Shown here: positions 39,515 to 48,208 of the stretch, piece by piece
Layout: each line of letters starts with the position of its first letter
Numbering within the stretch: the stretch's first letter is position 1
Source of the DNA: a virus
Direction: 5' to 3' (one strand)
DNA length: 64,000 nucleotides
IMG/VR virus record: IMGVR_UViG_3300032315_001604
Span: 64,001-128,000 of that record
Program-made: the position numbers and the translations under genes
The notes under the pieces: generated by a model
Databases searched by the model: none
What the model was told of the DNA's origin: nothing
Seen by the model: the letters and a program-made list of their open reading frames with translations, nothing else

Positions 39515-40341
39515 ATTTCTTTTAGTTTTTGCACAACTTCTTGTTCAGAAGCAATGTTTTCTTGTGGTCCGTATCCCGCAACAACCGAGAAGTTATTCTT
39601 GTGAATAAAATGATCCAATCCTTTTTTAAAGGTATCTTGAAAATCAGATTCGGATCTAATTTTAGATTGTTGGTGATCAGGAACAATATCTTTTAAGTAT
39701 AAATTAGAATCTTTAATATCAGCAAACCATCTAAAAGGAGGATGGTAGTTATTTTTAATAATTTGATATGTATGATCTACATGCTCTAATGCATTATAAA
39801 AATTTTCATCCATTAAACCGATTTTATTTAAGACATCTACATGATAGTAACTAAATGCTCCAAGCACATTAGGGTATAAATTAATTGATGTTTTATCAGG
39901 ATAATTTATAGATTTACGGATATTTGGTTGATTTAAAAAATTTAAATTGTGATTGCCATGAAGTCCGTAGTTAAAATGTTTAATACCTGTGCTTTTTGAA
40001 GCATTTATATATTTTTCAAAAATTTCATGATTTAAAATTTCAATGTCATCTTCCATTAAGAAGATATGTTCACATTTTTGATCTAATAAATATTTTAAAG
40101 CTATGTTTTTTGCTTTAGCTACTCCCTCCTTGCCCTTTGTCTCTTTAAAAATAACAGGATAATATGGCAATTTTTCCGTTCCATCATTGATTATGATATA
40201 TTCTAACTCTGTTTTTTGAGAAGCATCTAATAGAGAAGTGACCGATTTTTTATAAAAATCTGGTCTGTCACATGTAATTAGCCCTATTCCTATTTTATTT
40301 TGAGCTACCATAAGTTTTTTGAAGTTTTTCCATAAACTCAA
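39490..40341 (-). CDS. GT2-like glycosyltransferase
   Basis: IGIGLITCDRP, INDG, GVAKAKN, IFLMEDDI, IGLMDENF and EHVDH; likely start at 40311. Confidence 0.75.
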   Translation of the reverse strand: MSLWKNFKKLMVAQNKIGIGLITCDRPDFYKKSVTSLLDASQKTELEYIIINDGTEKLPYYPVIFKETKGKEGVAKAKNIALKYLLDQKCEHIFLMEDDIEILNHEIFEKYINASKSTGIKHFNYGLHGNHNLNFLNQPNIRKSINYPDKTSINLYPNVLGAFSYYHVDVLNKIGLMDENFYNALEHVDHTYQIIKNNYHPPFRWFADIKDSNLYLKDIVPDHQQSKIRSESDFQDTFKKGLDHFIHKNNFSVVAGYGPQENIASEQEVVQKLKEIWKLYHQE

Positions 40342-41074
40342 GTAAAACTTGTTGGGTTACTCCACTTGGATCATTTTGAGATGGTATATATTTGTGTTTA
40401 TGGTAAAAATAGGCACAAGATAATTCTAAAGATTTGTCATCATCTGGTTTGTATTGCTCTTTTGACTGAGGCATTTCTTTAAAATTTATTTTTTCTATGT
40501 TAGCAACATATTCCTCTAAAGAATCTTTTTCGATTGTTGGATTATAATGTTTAGGAGGATAAACTTCTTTTTCTCTCATTTTATTGATAAAATCAACTAT
40601 ATCTAAATCTTTGGTGTTATAATATCTTTCATCAAAGTATCCAAAGTTTTTAATAATTCCCGAATACAGAAAGATAAAATTTGTATTAAGCTGTGGAGAA
40701 AGGTTTAGAGTTAAATTGGCAGCATCATCTTCTACTGGAATACTATTAGATCCTGCGCCAGTAATAAACCATGTTCCAAAAGTTTCTGCCAGATTTATTG
40801 TTTTTTCAAAAAAATTATTGTCTTTAATTCTTACATTTGAATTTAAGAGAAAATAGTATTTTAAATTTTTAATTCTCATCTGAGAAATTAAATAGTTTCT
40901 CATTGTTGCTAATGAGACTTGTTTTGTATAATTTTTTTGATTCTCTTTAGAGAATGTTTTATTAGATACAATAAAAACATTTGATTTAAATTCTTCAGGA
41001 ATAGAAGAAATTGCTCCTTCTAATAATTCATCAGAGTGTATGTCTAAAATACCAATTCCTATTTCGCTTTTCAT
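40295..41074 (-). CDS. Degenerate GT2-like paralog
   Basis: IGIGIL, ATMRNYL and FGYFDERY align with its neighbours, but the EDD motif is replaced by NSN. Confidence 0.55.
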   Translation of the reverse strand: MKSEIGIGILDIHSDELLEGAISSIPEEFKSNVFIVSNKTFSKENQKNYTKQVSLATMRNYLISQMRIKNLKYYFLLNSNVRIKDNNFFEKTINLAETFGTWFITGAGSNSIPVEDDAANLTLNLSPQLNTNFIFLYSGIIKNFGYFDERYYNTKDLDIVDFINKMREKEVYPPKHYNPTIEKDSLEEYVANIEKINFKEMPQSKEQYKPDDDKSLELSCAYFYHKHKYIPSQNDPSGVTQQVLLEFMEKLQKTYGSSK

Positions 41075-42114
41075 TTTATTAAATCATTATACAATTCTTT
41101 TACATAAGAAACAACTTCTTTTTTATTTTCAATATCAAGAGAGTCTACATATGTTTTAATATCTTGCATTAAATCAACGGTTTTTAATTCATTTTCTTTT
41201 AATGAAGATGTAGTTTTCTCAGATTCTTGATGATCTATTCTTAAAGAAATCGGTTCTAGTTTATTTATTTTGCTGTGTAAAAGTATCAACTTTTCTTCAT
41301 CTAGTTGAGTATCAACGACTAAACTAATATGATTATTTTTAATATTTTCTTTTAAAAAGGATACTGTTATTTCACCTGATAGTATTCTTTTGATAGAAAT
41401 TTTTATATGTTTTGGTGAAATTTTATTTTCTATAAAATCGAAATTGTTTTTTTCTACATCATAAACATATATTCCTCTACTATCTAAAGTGTCACCAAAG
41501 TTTTGTTGATAAGGACTGCCCAAATAAACTATTTCACCGTTTTGATATGTTCTGTGATCTTTTTTATGAAAATGTCCTGAGATAATAAGTTTAGATTTTT
41601 TAAAAAGATCAGCAGACTTTAAACCATGTTCACAAACTTTATATGTATTCATATAAAAAGATGTGATTTCAAAATGACCAAATATAATATCTACATTTGG
41701 AATATCAACAATATCAGTACCCCAAGGAACTAAAACTGCTTTCTTATTATAGATATCTAATTCAAAAGGCATATCATCTATAATTTTGATATTTTTCCAA
41801 CCATCAAAAATTGATATTGAATTAACTTTTCCTGTATCTTTGTAAAAGCTGTCATGATTTCCTACGGAAATATAAAGATTAAAATCTTTAAAATAATCAA
41901 AAAACTTTTTAGCTGTATCTAATGTAGATACGGATATTTCTGATCTGTTATGAAAAATATCACCAGGAATGATTATATCATTTATTCCGAGTTCCAAATA
42001 TTTTTTAGAAGCCCATTCAGCAAATTCTAATACTATCTTATGCCATATAGGATTATCTTGATTAATTCCTATATGAACATCTGAAAAACATCCGATTTTG
42101 TTACTTTTAATCAT
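41071..42114 (-). CDS. gp47: Recombination nuclease subunit (Mre11/SbcD-like)
   Basis: FSDVHIG, IPGDIFHNR, VGNHD, FGHFE, SGHFH and YLGSPYQ. Confidence 0.93.
   Translation of the reverse strand: MIKSNKIGCFSDVHIGINQDNPIWHKIVLEFAEWASKKYLELGINDIIIPGDIFHNRSEISVSTLDTAKKFFDYFKDFNLYISVGNHDSFYKDTGKVNSISIFDGWKNIKIIDDMPFELDIYNKKAVLVPWGTDIVDIPNVDIIFGHFEITSFYMNTYKVCEHGLKSADLFKKSKLIISGHFHKKDHRTYQNGEIVYLGSPYQQNFGDTLDSRGIYVYDVEKNNFDFIENKISPKHIKISIKRILSGEITVSFLKENIKNNHISLVVDTQLDEEKLILLHSKINKLEPISLRIDHQESEKTTSSLKENELKTVDLMQDIKTYVDSLDIENKKEVVSYVKELYNDLIK
41086..41114 (-). promoter_or_regulatory. sigma70-like promoter at the head of the glycosylation island
   Basis: TTGTTT-N17-TATAAT inside the 3' end of gp47, 11 nt before the ATG at 41074. 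Confidence 0.45.
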
Positions 42115-42820
42115 TCAAATGTTGTTTGAGAGCAGATATTTTATTATTTTTTAAATAACTATTATAAGTTTCTGACATTAACATAAGTTCGGCTTGATAT
42201 TTAATATGTGTCTCGTTAATGTGTTTTTCTTTTTTAATTCTGTTTCTAAATGCATTAAAAGCAATTCTAGTAAAATATGAAAAGGGGTTTGTACCTTTTT
42301 CTCTATCATATTTTTTAGACATAAGAGCTTTAAACATTCTAATTAAAGCATCCCCTACCATATCTTCTCTATATGTATAGTTAATAAAATTGGGAGCATA
42401 ACTTAATTTATGTGCAATTTTATTAACCATTTCTGCTAAGTCGTTGCTTAAAACACCTGTTTCGTAATATACCACAATTTCTTCATCAAATTTTTTTGGT
42501 TCTACATAAAATTTGGTTTTGTCTACTTTTGGACCTTTCTTTTTAACAGGTTTTTCTTCTTCTAATTCTTCTTCTACTTCTTCTTCTAATTCGGCATCTT
42601 CTTCTAATTCGGCATCAGTATCATCTTCTTCTAAATCTAATAACTCTTCCTCGTTTTCTATTTCTAGCTCATCATCGATGATTTCACTCTTAATTTTTTT
42701 CGGTATTTTATTTTTTACTTTTTTAACAGCTTTCGTTTTAACTGTTTTTTTCTTTGGTTTTTTATTTTTAACAGCTTTCGTTTTAACTGTTTTATTTTTA
42801 TGTAATTTCTTTTTCTTCAT
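42107..42820 (-). CDS. gp55: Late-transcription sigma factor with a long basic/acidic N-terminal extension
   Basis: IAHKLSYAPNFINYTYREDMVGDAL and NPFSYFTRIAFNAFRNRIKKEK. Confidence 0.88.
   Translation of the reverse strand: MKKKKLHKNKTVKTKAVKNKKPKKKTVKTKAVKKVKNKIPKKIKSEIIDDELEIENEEELLDLEEDDTDAELEEDAELEEEVEEELEEEKPVKKKGPKVDKTKFYVEPKKFDEEIVVYYETGVLSNDLAEMVNKIAHKLSYAPNFINYTYREDMVGDALIRMFKALMSKKYDREKGTNPFSYFTRIAFNAFRNRIKKEKHINETHIKYQAELMLMSETYNSYLKNNKISALKQHLND
42721..42793. repeat. 28-nt exact direct repeat x2 (45-nt period) in the gp55 5' end
   Basis: TTTTAACAGCTTTCGTTTTAACTGTTTT at 42721 and 42766; encodes KTVKTKAVK twice on -. Confidence 0.85.
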
Positions 42821-44225
42821 AATTAAAATTTTCTGATGTGTAAAGTTTTTTTCTTTCGCTTACATGGATTTTACCATACTTTGTGTTATCTGCAACATCG
42901 AATATATTAGCCATACTTTTAGTAGGGTGTAATCTTAAAGCTCTACCAATAGATTGCATAATTTTAATCTTGGCTTTACCAGCAGATGCAAAAATTATAT
43001 TATGTAAATTTGGTATATTAATACCTGTACTAAAAATTTTAGAAATGGCTACAACAATTACATCATTTCTACCATCCATTAGTTTTCTAATTCTTTCGCG
43101 TTCTTCCATTTCAGTTAAACCTCTAATAAAATAGATTGGACGATTTTCATCACATATGTTTTTTAATTTGCTTTCGACAACAATTCCATGTTCAATTCTA
43201 TCTACCATTATTAATGTGTTTTGATTTAATTTATTGGCTAGATTACAAATAATTTCATTTCTTCTCTCATTTTGCATTAAAAAATCTATTTCTTGCTGAT
43301 ATGCTTCAGCAGGTTTTGTTAAATTTACAGAAATATGTGGTATTTTTTGGTGTTTTAAATTTAAAATTATTATTCTAAAATCTGATACATATTTTTTGTT
43401 TTTTAAGTCTTCTGTTTTTTCTTGATATACTACTGGTCCTAGTTTTCCAATTATGTTCCATTGGTCAATTAAATTAGGTGGCATTGTTCCTGTAAAACCA
43501 AACTTAAAATTAGTTTTTATGAACTTTAAAATTTTATTAATTTCATTGTTCTTTTTAAGAACATGTGTTTCATCGACAATTAATATTTCGACATCATCTA
43601 AAATAGAAAGATCGGTTTTATTACTTAACAGAATTTGATTTCCTGCGATAATAGTTGTCGCATTAAAATCAGGTTTATTGTCTCCAGACCATTTTGTTAG
43701 CTTTTTTAAGCCGTACTCTTGAAAATCTTTATATGTTTGTTCAACTAACTGTAAGCTAGGTACTATAACCACGGCTAATGCATCAGGTTTATTCAAATTT
43801 AATCTGATACTTTCAATTAATCCAGCAATAGCCAGTGTTTTTCCTCCTGCTGTAGGAATTAAAACCACTCCTTTGCCCTTCTTGAGGGAATTAAAAATTG
43901 ATTTTTCTTGATGTTCTCTGTATGGTAAATCTTTATATTTAACTATTTGGGGGTTTTGAAAACCGTTGTTAAAATCTGCTTCTACATCGCTTTCTACTTT
44001 AAAATTAATAGAGTGCTCTATCAAATATGTTTTAATATGATCTAATAATCCCAATTCAAATTTTCCTGATGGTGTTAATGCGTATATTCTAGCTTGAGAA
44101 AATCTTTGATTTCTTTGAAATGCGGGATTTGCCACTGAAAAATATTCTCTTATAGTTAAAAGAAAACTATTATCGCAACATATTTGCAATTGTTGTTTGT
44201 TGGCAGTATATCTAATTTCTATCAT
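42798..44225 (-). CDS. uvsW: SF2 DNA helicase
   Basis: PYREHQ, PTAGGKT, VPSLQLVEQ, IVDETH, FTGT, FSTGINIPNL and QSIGRALR; likely ATG at 44225 (track gives 44276). Confidence 0.92.
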   Translation of the reverse strand: MIEIRYTANKQQLQICCDNSFLLTIREYFSVANPAFQRNQRFSQARIYALTPSGKFELGLLDHIKTYLIEHSINFKVESDVEADFNNGFQNPQIVKYKDLPYREHQEKSIFNSLKKGKGVVLIPTAGGKTLAIAGLIESIRLNLNKPDALAVVIVPSLQLVEQTYKDFQEYGLKKLTKWSGDNKPDFNATTIIAGNQILLSNKTDLSILDDVEILIVDETHVLKKNNEINKILKFIKTNFKFGFTGTMPPNLIDQWNIIGKLGPVVYQEKTEDLKNKKYVSDFRIIILNLKHQKIPHISVNLTKPAEAYQQEIDFLMQNERRNEIICNLANKLNQNTLIMVDRIEHGIVVESKLKNICDENRPIYFIRGLTEMEERERIRKLMDGRNDVIVVAISKIFSTGINIPNLHNIIFASAGKAKIKIMQSIGRALRLHPTKSMANIFDVADNTKYGKIHVSERKKLYTSENFNYEEKEIT

Positions 44226-44229
44226 TATA

Positions 44230-44628
44230 TTAAGTCGTTTCCAACTTTTCGAGTTCAACTGCATTTTTGATATCAAAAGTCATAGAACGACATATAGATT
44301 CTACTTTTTCTAAATAATCTATAATTAAATCTACTTCTTCGATTTCTTGATCGATTTTTTTAATAATATCTGATGATTCAACTTTTTTATCCAATGAAGC
44401 CTTTGGTATATTCATTGGTATGTCTTTGTCTGCTAAAGTCTTTAAAACTTCTTCTTTTAAAGATTTTTTCTTTTTTTGAAGAAAATTTTTATTTCTTTTT
44501 TGTTCAATTAGTCTAGAAACCCACTTGTGTTTGATTGCTGGTAAGACTAATTGTTTTTCTAACAAAGAAATTCTATCCAATTTTAGATCATCTTGAATTT
44601 CTTTTTTAATTTTATCAAAAAATTCCAT
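44230..44628 (-). CDS. uvsY: Recombination mediator protein
   Basis: 132-aa helical protein next to uvsW; IDYLEKV...MTFDIKNAVE. Confidence 0.8.
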   Translation of the reverse strand: MEFFDKIKKEIQDDLKLDRISLLEKQLVLPAIKHKWVSRLIEQKRNKNFLQKKKKSLKEEVLKTLADKDIPMNIPKASLDKKVESSDIIKKIDQEIEEVDLIIDYLEKVESICRSMTFDIKNAVELEKLETT

Positions 44629-44645
44629 AAGTATATAAAGAATAA

Positions 44646-44673
44646 ATTATATCATATGTTTAATAAATTTCAA
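44646..44673 (-). promoter_or_regulatory. sigma70-like promoter for the uvsY-uvsW-55-47 operon
   Basis: TTGAAA-N16-TATAAT with an extended TG. Confidence 0.6.
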
Positions 44674-44916
44674 ATTTTAGTTAACACTCTTTTAGAAAAC
44701 AATACAGCAGGATCTGGCGGTGCTTTAGGAACGCCACAACAAGCTATATTTAACCCACCAGTTAGCATATCATCTGCTGATACATATGCACAAGAGGATG
44801 CCCGTAATGTTATGGGTGGTGTTTTCCCCTTACAAGGTAAGAAAAAGGGTAAGAAAAAGTCTAAAAAACAAAAACCTTTAGTAATTAAAAGAAACTTACA
44901 AAGAAATTCTTTATAA
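44656..44916 (+). CDS. Small basic protein
   Basis: The ATG at 44656 (MFNKFQILVNTLLE) avoids overlap with uvsY; Lys-rich C-terminus. Confidence 0.5.
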   Translation: MFNKFQILVNTLLENNTAGSGGALGTPQQAIFNPPVSISSADTYAQEDARNVMGGVFPLQGKKKGKKKSKKQKPLVIKRNLQRNSL

Positions 44917-45353
44917 TGGATTACGGACATTGGATTTTGGAAGAAAATATAGAAATCACAGAGGATACCTTTGGTTTTTTGTATGAAATAACCAATAAAA
45001 TAACCAATAAAAAATATATTGGCAAAAAACAGTGTTTTATGAGAATAAAACGTAAACCTTTAAAGGGTTATAAAAGAAACAGAATATCAAAATCTGAATC
45101 TGATTGGAAGGCTTATACAAGTTCTTCAAAAGAGTTAAACGAAGATATTAAAAAATACGGAAAAGATAACTTTCAATTCAAAATTATTAAAACTTGTAAT
45201 TCAAAATGGTCTTTAGCTTATTATGAAATAAAAGAACAAATTGATAAGAATGTACTTTTAAGAGACGATTATTATAATGGTATAATAAATGTTAGAATAG
45301 GTACACCTCCTAAAGAAGAGTTAGATAAGTTTAAAAAAGAAGTAATTATATAA
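44916..45353 (+). CDS. GIY-YIG endonuclease (endonuclease II/Seg-like)
   Basis: GFLYEITN...KKYIGKK, ESDWKAYTSSS, NFQFKII, YYE and YYNG. Confidence 0.85.
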   Translation: MDYGHWILEENIEITEDTFGFLYEITNKITNKKYIGKKQCFMRIKRKPLKGYKRNRISKSESDWKAYTSSSKELNEDIKKYGKDNFQFKIIKTCNSKWSLAYYEIKEQIDKNVLLRDDYYNGIINVRIGTPPKEELDKFKKEVII

Positions 45354-45354
45354 T

Positions 45355-45897
45355 ATGAGTTGTATATACTGTGATTCTAAAACTTATGGAAGACCTTGTT
45401 TGTTTTCTCCGACAAATACCCATGTTCATATGGACGAACCAAATCGTTGTATATATTGTGGTTCAAAGTATTTGGGATCAGGTTGTTTATTCAATCCTTA
45501 TGGTAAAATGCATGTAAGAGGACCAGAATTTTTAAATAGAGTTGTCGAGCAAACTCAAAAGTCTACAGTTTTAAAGTATTTGTATGAGACAGTAAAAGGA
45601 ACGATTGATATTAAATTCTTATCTCCTTTAGGGCGTTTTTATAAAAGATTATCAGAAATTATTGCAAATTCTGGTGAACCTTTACTTGAATCTTTTGAAC
45701 TACAAAGTAAACCAACTCTAAATAATTTGTCAAAAGAACAATTTGTTCAAGCTATGGAATTTAAAGATAGATTAAACGAACAATATAAAGAATTGACCAA
45801 CACTGTAAAATTGGCAAATTTGGCTTTACCTCAAGAAATTGTAGAAGAAATTTTAATTGATGCTATTATTAAAGATAGCAAAAATGATAAAGCATAA
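45355..45897 (+). CDS. Hypothetical protein with two Cys/His repeats
   Basis: CIYCDS...GRPCLFSP..THVH and CIYCGS...GSGCLFNP..MHV. Confidence 0.6.
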   Translation: MSCIYCDSKTYGRPCLFSPTNTHVHMDEPNRCIYCGSKYLGSGCLFNPYGKMHVRGPEFLNRVVEQTQKSTVLKYLYETVKGTIDIKFLSPLGRFYKRLSEIIANSGEPLLESFELQSKPTLNNLSKEQFVQAMEFKDRLNEQYKELTNTVKLANLALPQEIVEEILIDAIIKDSKNDKA

Positions 45898-46378
45898 AAA
45901 GTATTTTTTTTATTATCTAAAAGAAAACATTTTAATATTTGATGTTTCTTGTTATATAGATGAACTAGCTGTTCATGTTATTGATTTTTTTTACGAATGG
46001 GATTTATTAAAAAATAAAGACGATCAGACAATTATTAATAATAATCCAAAATTAGTTAAAGAACTATTAGAAACAAAAATTAAAAAAGAATTGGAAGATT
46101 TTAAAAAAACTGCTTACGAGAATAATTGTAAATTATTGTCATTTTTTTCTCTTAATGCAGAACCCAATGAATGGAAAAATTATTTTTTAGATCCTTTAAA
46201 GTTTATAAAAGTTAGTAAAAGAATTTGTAAAAAAAATTTACCTAATTTTTATGAAGCAAATATAAATCAAAATCTTTTTACAAAGAGAAAAGGTTCTTTT
46301 TTAGATTTTTCGTGTATCGTACCTAGTGGAGAAGATGAAGAGTTTATTTTAAAAGCTCTTGACAAATTAAAAAAATAA
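45857..46378 (+). CDS. Hypothetical protein
   Basis: ORF of about 165-173 aa; alternative ATG at 45884. Confidence 0.5.
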   Translation: MMLLLKIAKMIKHKKYFFYYLKENILIFDVSCYIDELAVHVIDFFYEWDLLKNKDDQTIINNNPKLVKELLETKIKKELEDFKKTAYENNCKLLSFFSLNAEPNEWKNYFLDPLKFIKVSKRICKKNLPNFYEANINQNLFTKRKGSFLDFSCIVPSGEDEEFILKALDKLKK

Positions 46379-46424
46379 AATAATTAGCATTAGAAAAATA
46401 ATGCAAAGAGTTTAATTTTTTTAC

Positions 46425-46452
46425 TTGACATATTTTTAAAGCTTGGTATAAT
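46425..46452 (+). promoter_or_regulatory. Consensus sigma70 promoter with no downstream sense ORF
   Basis: TTGACA-N16-TATAAT with an extended TG (TGGTATAAT). Confidence 0.7.
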
Positions 46453-46473
46453 TTTTTTAGGTAAACAGATTTA

Positions 46474-46728
46474 TTATTGTTTATTTAAATTTGATAATTC
46501 TTTCAAAGCATCTTCAAAGGATAATGATTTAACTGAAGGTTTTGGAATATTTTGATTATTTGTAGGAGAATCTTTACCGATTATTTCTTTCATTTTAGAA
46601 AAAACGTCAATTTCTAATTTATTGATAGTAGAATCTCTGGTTTGTATAGAAGGAAAATGTCCACCAACAGATAATGTACTAACTGGAGATTTTTTTACTC
46701 TATTAGCGTATATTTCAGATAAATCCAT
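46474..46728 (-). CDS. Hypothetical small protein at the end of the lysis operon
   Basis: The ATG at 46728 (MDLSEIYANR) is 2 nt after the endolysin stop. Confidence 0.5.
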   Translation of the reverse strand: MDLSEIYANRVKKSPVSTLSVGGHFPSIQTRDSTINKLEIDVFSKMKEIIGKDSPTNNQNIPKPSVKSLSFEDALKELSNLNKQ

Positions 46729-46730
46729 TT

Positions 46731-47204
46731 TTATAAGAGAGCAGCTTGAAAATGCATCCAATCGTAATTTTTTACTCTTCCAAGACTGACCCAACCTTCA
46801 CTTTCTACAATTTTCCAAAAGCTATCGTATTCTTTTTTTGCAAGAGAAGCTCTATCTCTGCCCCATTTAAGACGGTTTCTATCAGGATCTAAATCTACAG
46901 CAGCACCCCAAGAATGTATTGACCAAGCAGAACCACCACGCATTTTACGAACATTCACACATCCACCAAAGCTATTCAATTTAAGTTTTTGAATGTCTTT
47001 TAAACCATATGTTTTAAGAGTTTGCTCAAAAATTTTATGTAAAGATTCTGCACATTTCTTATTACAAGAAATTTTTTTAACTTTTGCTTTTTCATCCCAT
47101 GCCAAATACATTTCATATGGAAGTTGTATTTGTGTCATGTTTTCTCCAACAGGACCATAAAAAGCCGTCATCGATGTAAAATTTTGCTTTGGCCAGTTAT
47201 TCAT
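46731..47204 (-). CDS. Endolysin, M15-family zinc peptidase (L-Ala-D-Glu peptidase-like)
   Basis: FGGCVNVRKMRGGSAWSIHSWGAAVDL (HxxxxxxD) and DWMHFQ. Confidence 0.85.
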   Translation of the reverse strand: MNNWPKQNFTSMTAFYGPVGENMTQIQLPYEMYLAWDEKAKVKKISCNKKCAESLHKIFEQTLKTYGLKDIQKLKLNSFGGCVNVRKMRGGSAWSIHSWGAAVDLDPDRNRLKWGRDRASLAKKEYDSFWKIVESEGWVSLGRVKNYDWMHFQAALL

Positions 47205-47667
47205 AAGGTTGTTCCTCCACCCATTCTAAAGGAGCATAAGAAGGATCATCTTTATACTTTTCCGCATAAATTTGAATAATAGTTTCTTGTACTTCTTCTT
47301 TTGCATAGATAATTTCTCCCTTTAAAGAAGTATTAGATTCTGAATTGTATTTAAAATCTATTGCTGCTTGTAATCCAAGATAAGCAGAAATAACGATTGC
47401 AAACACTTTAATTGTTTCTACAAATATTGTAACAAAAGGCATAGTGATGGATGGTGCAGGAACTGTTAAAAACAAAATAAAAACGCTAATACCATAAAAA
47501 CCAAGTAACATTAAAATTGAAGTAAAAACTATAAAAAATTTTTTACTTCTTAAAAAATTAATAGATTTCATCTCATCGACATATTGTGGTGGAGTATTTG
47601 GTGGAGCTTTATCACAACTCACCATTGCTGCCAGAGATTTACCTATAACTGAAAGCCTATTCCACAT
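47197..47667 (-). CDS. Holin-like membrane protein
   Basis: Two hydrophobic helices (FFIVFTSILMLLGFYGISVFILFL; FVTIFVETIKVFAIVISAYLGLQAAI), directly upstream of the endolysin; likely ATG at 47667. Confidence 0.55.
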   Translation of the reverse strand: MWNRLSVIGKSLAAMVSCDKAPPNTPPQYVDEMKSINFLRSKKFFIVFTSILMLLGFYGISVFILFLTVPAPSITMPFVTIFVETIKVFAIVISAYLGLQAAIDFKYNSESNTSLKGEIIYAKEEVQETIIQIYAEKYKDDPSYAPLEWVEEQPYE

Positions 47668-47668
47668 A

Positions 47669-48208
47669 TTAGAAAAATAACCAAACACCGCCAAATGCCA
47701 TAATTGCTCCAGCAATAGGCAATGCAAATGCATATGCGGCATATACAGGAGGAACTAGTCTCATACAATACATTCCGAGCATAGCACCAAAAAGAGCAGC
47801 AACGATGGCTGCTATGTTTTTAAGTCTATGATAGCGTTTTATTGTTTTAGTATACTTCTCCATCCACTCAAATGCTTGATTTTGTTGTTCTATACCCCAA
47901 TCTTTTAATGCATCTGCGTTTTTTTGAATTTGTTGTGTATTAACTTCTGCTTCTTTCACTTTATTATTGGCAGCTACTAATTTGTTTTTTAATTCAGAAT
48001 TTGTTTTTTTTGCTGAACTAAGCTCATTGTTAAGTTCTTTAATAACAGATTTTGCTTCTTGTAAAGGATTATTTGATGATGACGAAACCGTTTTCGTGAT
48101 CATAACAGGAGTTGGACTTGGTTTTGATTTTGGTTTTGGTTTCCAAAATTGACCAAAACTGGTTGTACTAATGGTAATAAGAATTATAAAAGGTAATAAT
48201 GTTTTCAT
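47669..48208 (-). CDS. Membrane coiled-coil protein, candidate spanin component
   Basis: N-terminal signal-like segment, Pro-rich linker, coiled coil and two C-terminal hydrophobic helices. Confidence 0.5.
   Translation of the reverse strand: MKTLLPFIILITISTTSFGQFWKPKPKSKPSPTPVMITKTVSSSSNNPLQEAKSVIKELNNELSSAKKTNSELKNKLVAANNKVKEAEVNTQQIQKNADALKDWGIEQQNQAFEWMEKYTKTIKRYHRLKNIAAIVAALFGAMLGMYCMRLVPPVYAAYAFALPIAGAIMAFGGVWLFF

Noticed and set aside
27937-41074. Giant eukaryotic virus or bacterial LPS-locus origin for the window, because of the many glycosyltransferases
   Set aside because: The island is flanked by T4-type gp46, gp47, gp55 and gp43, and the window has terminase, baseplate and a lysis cassette. 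No NCLDV or cellular housekeeping markers are present.
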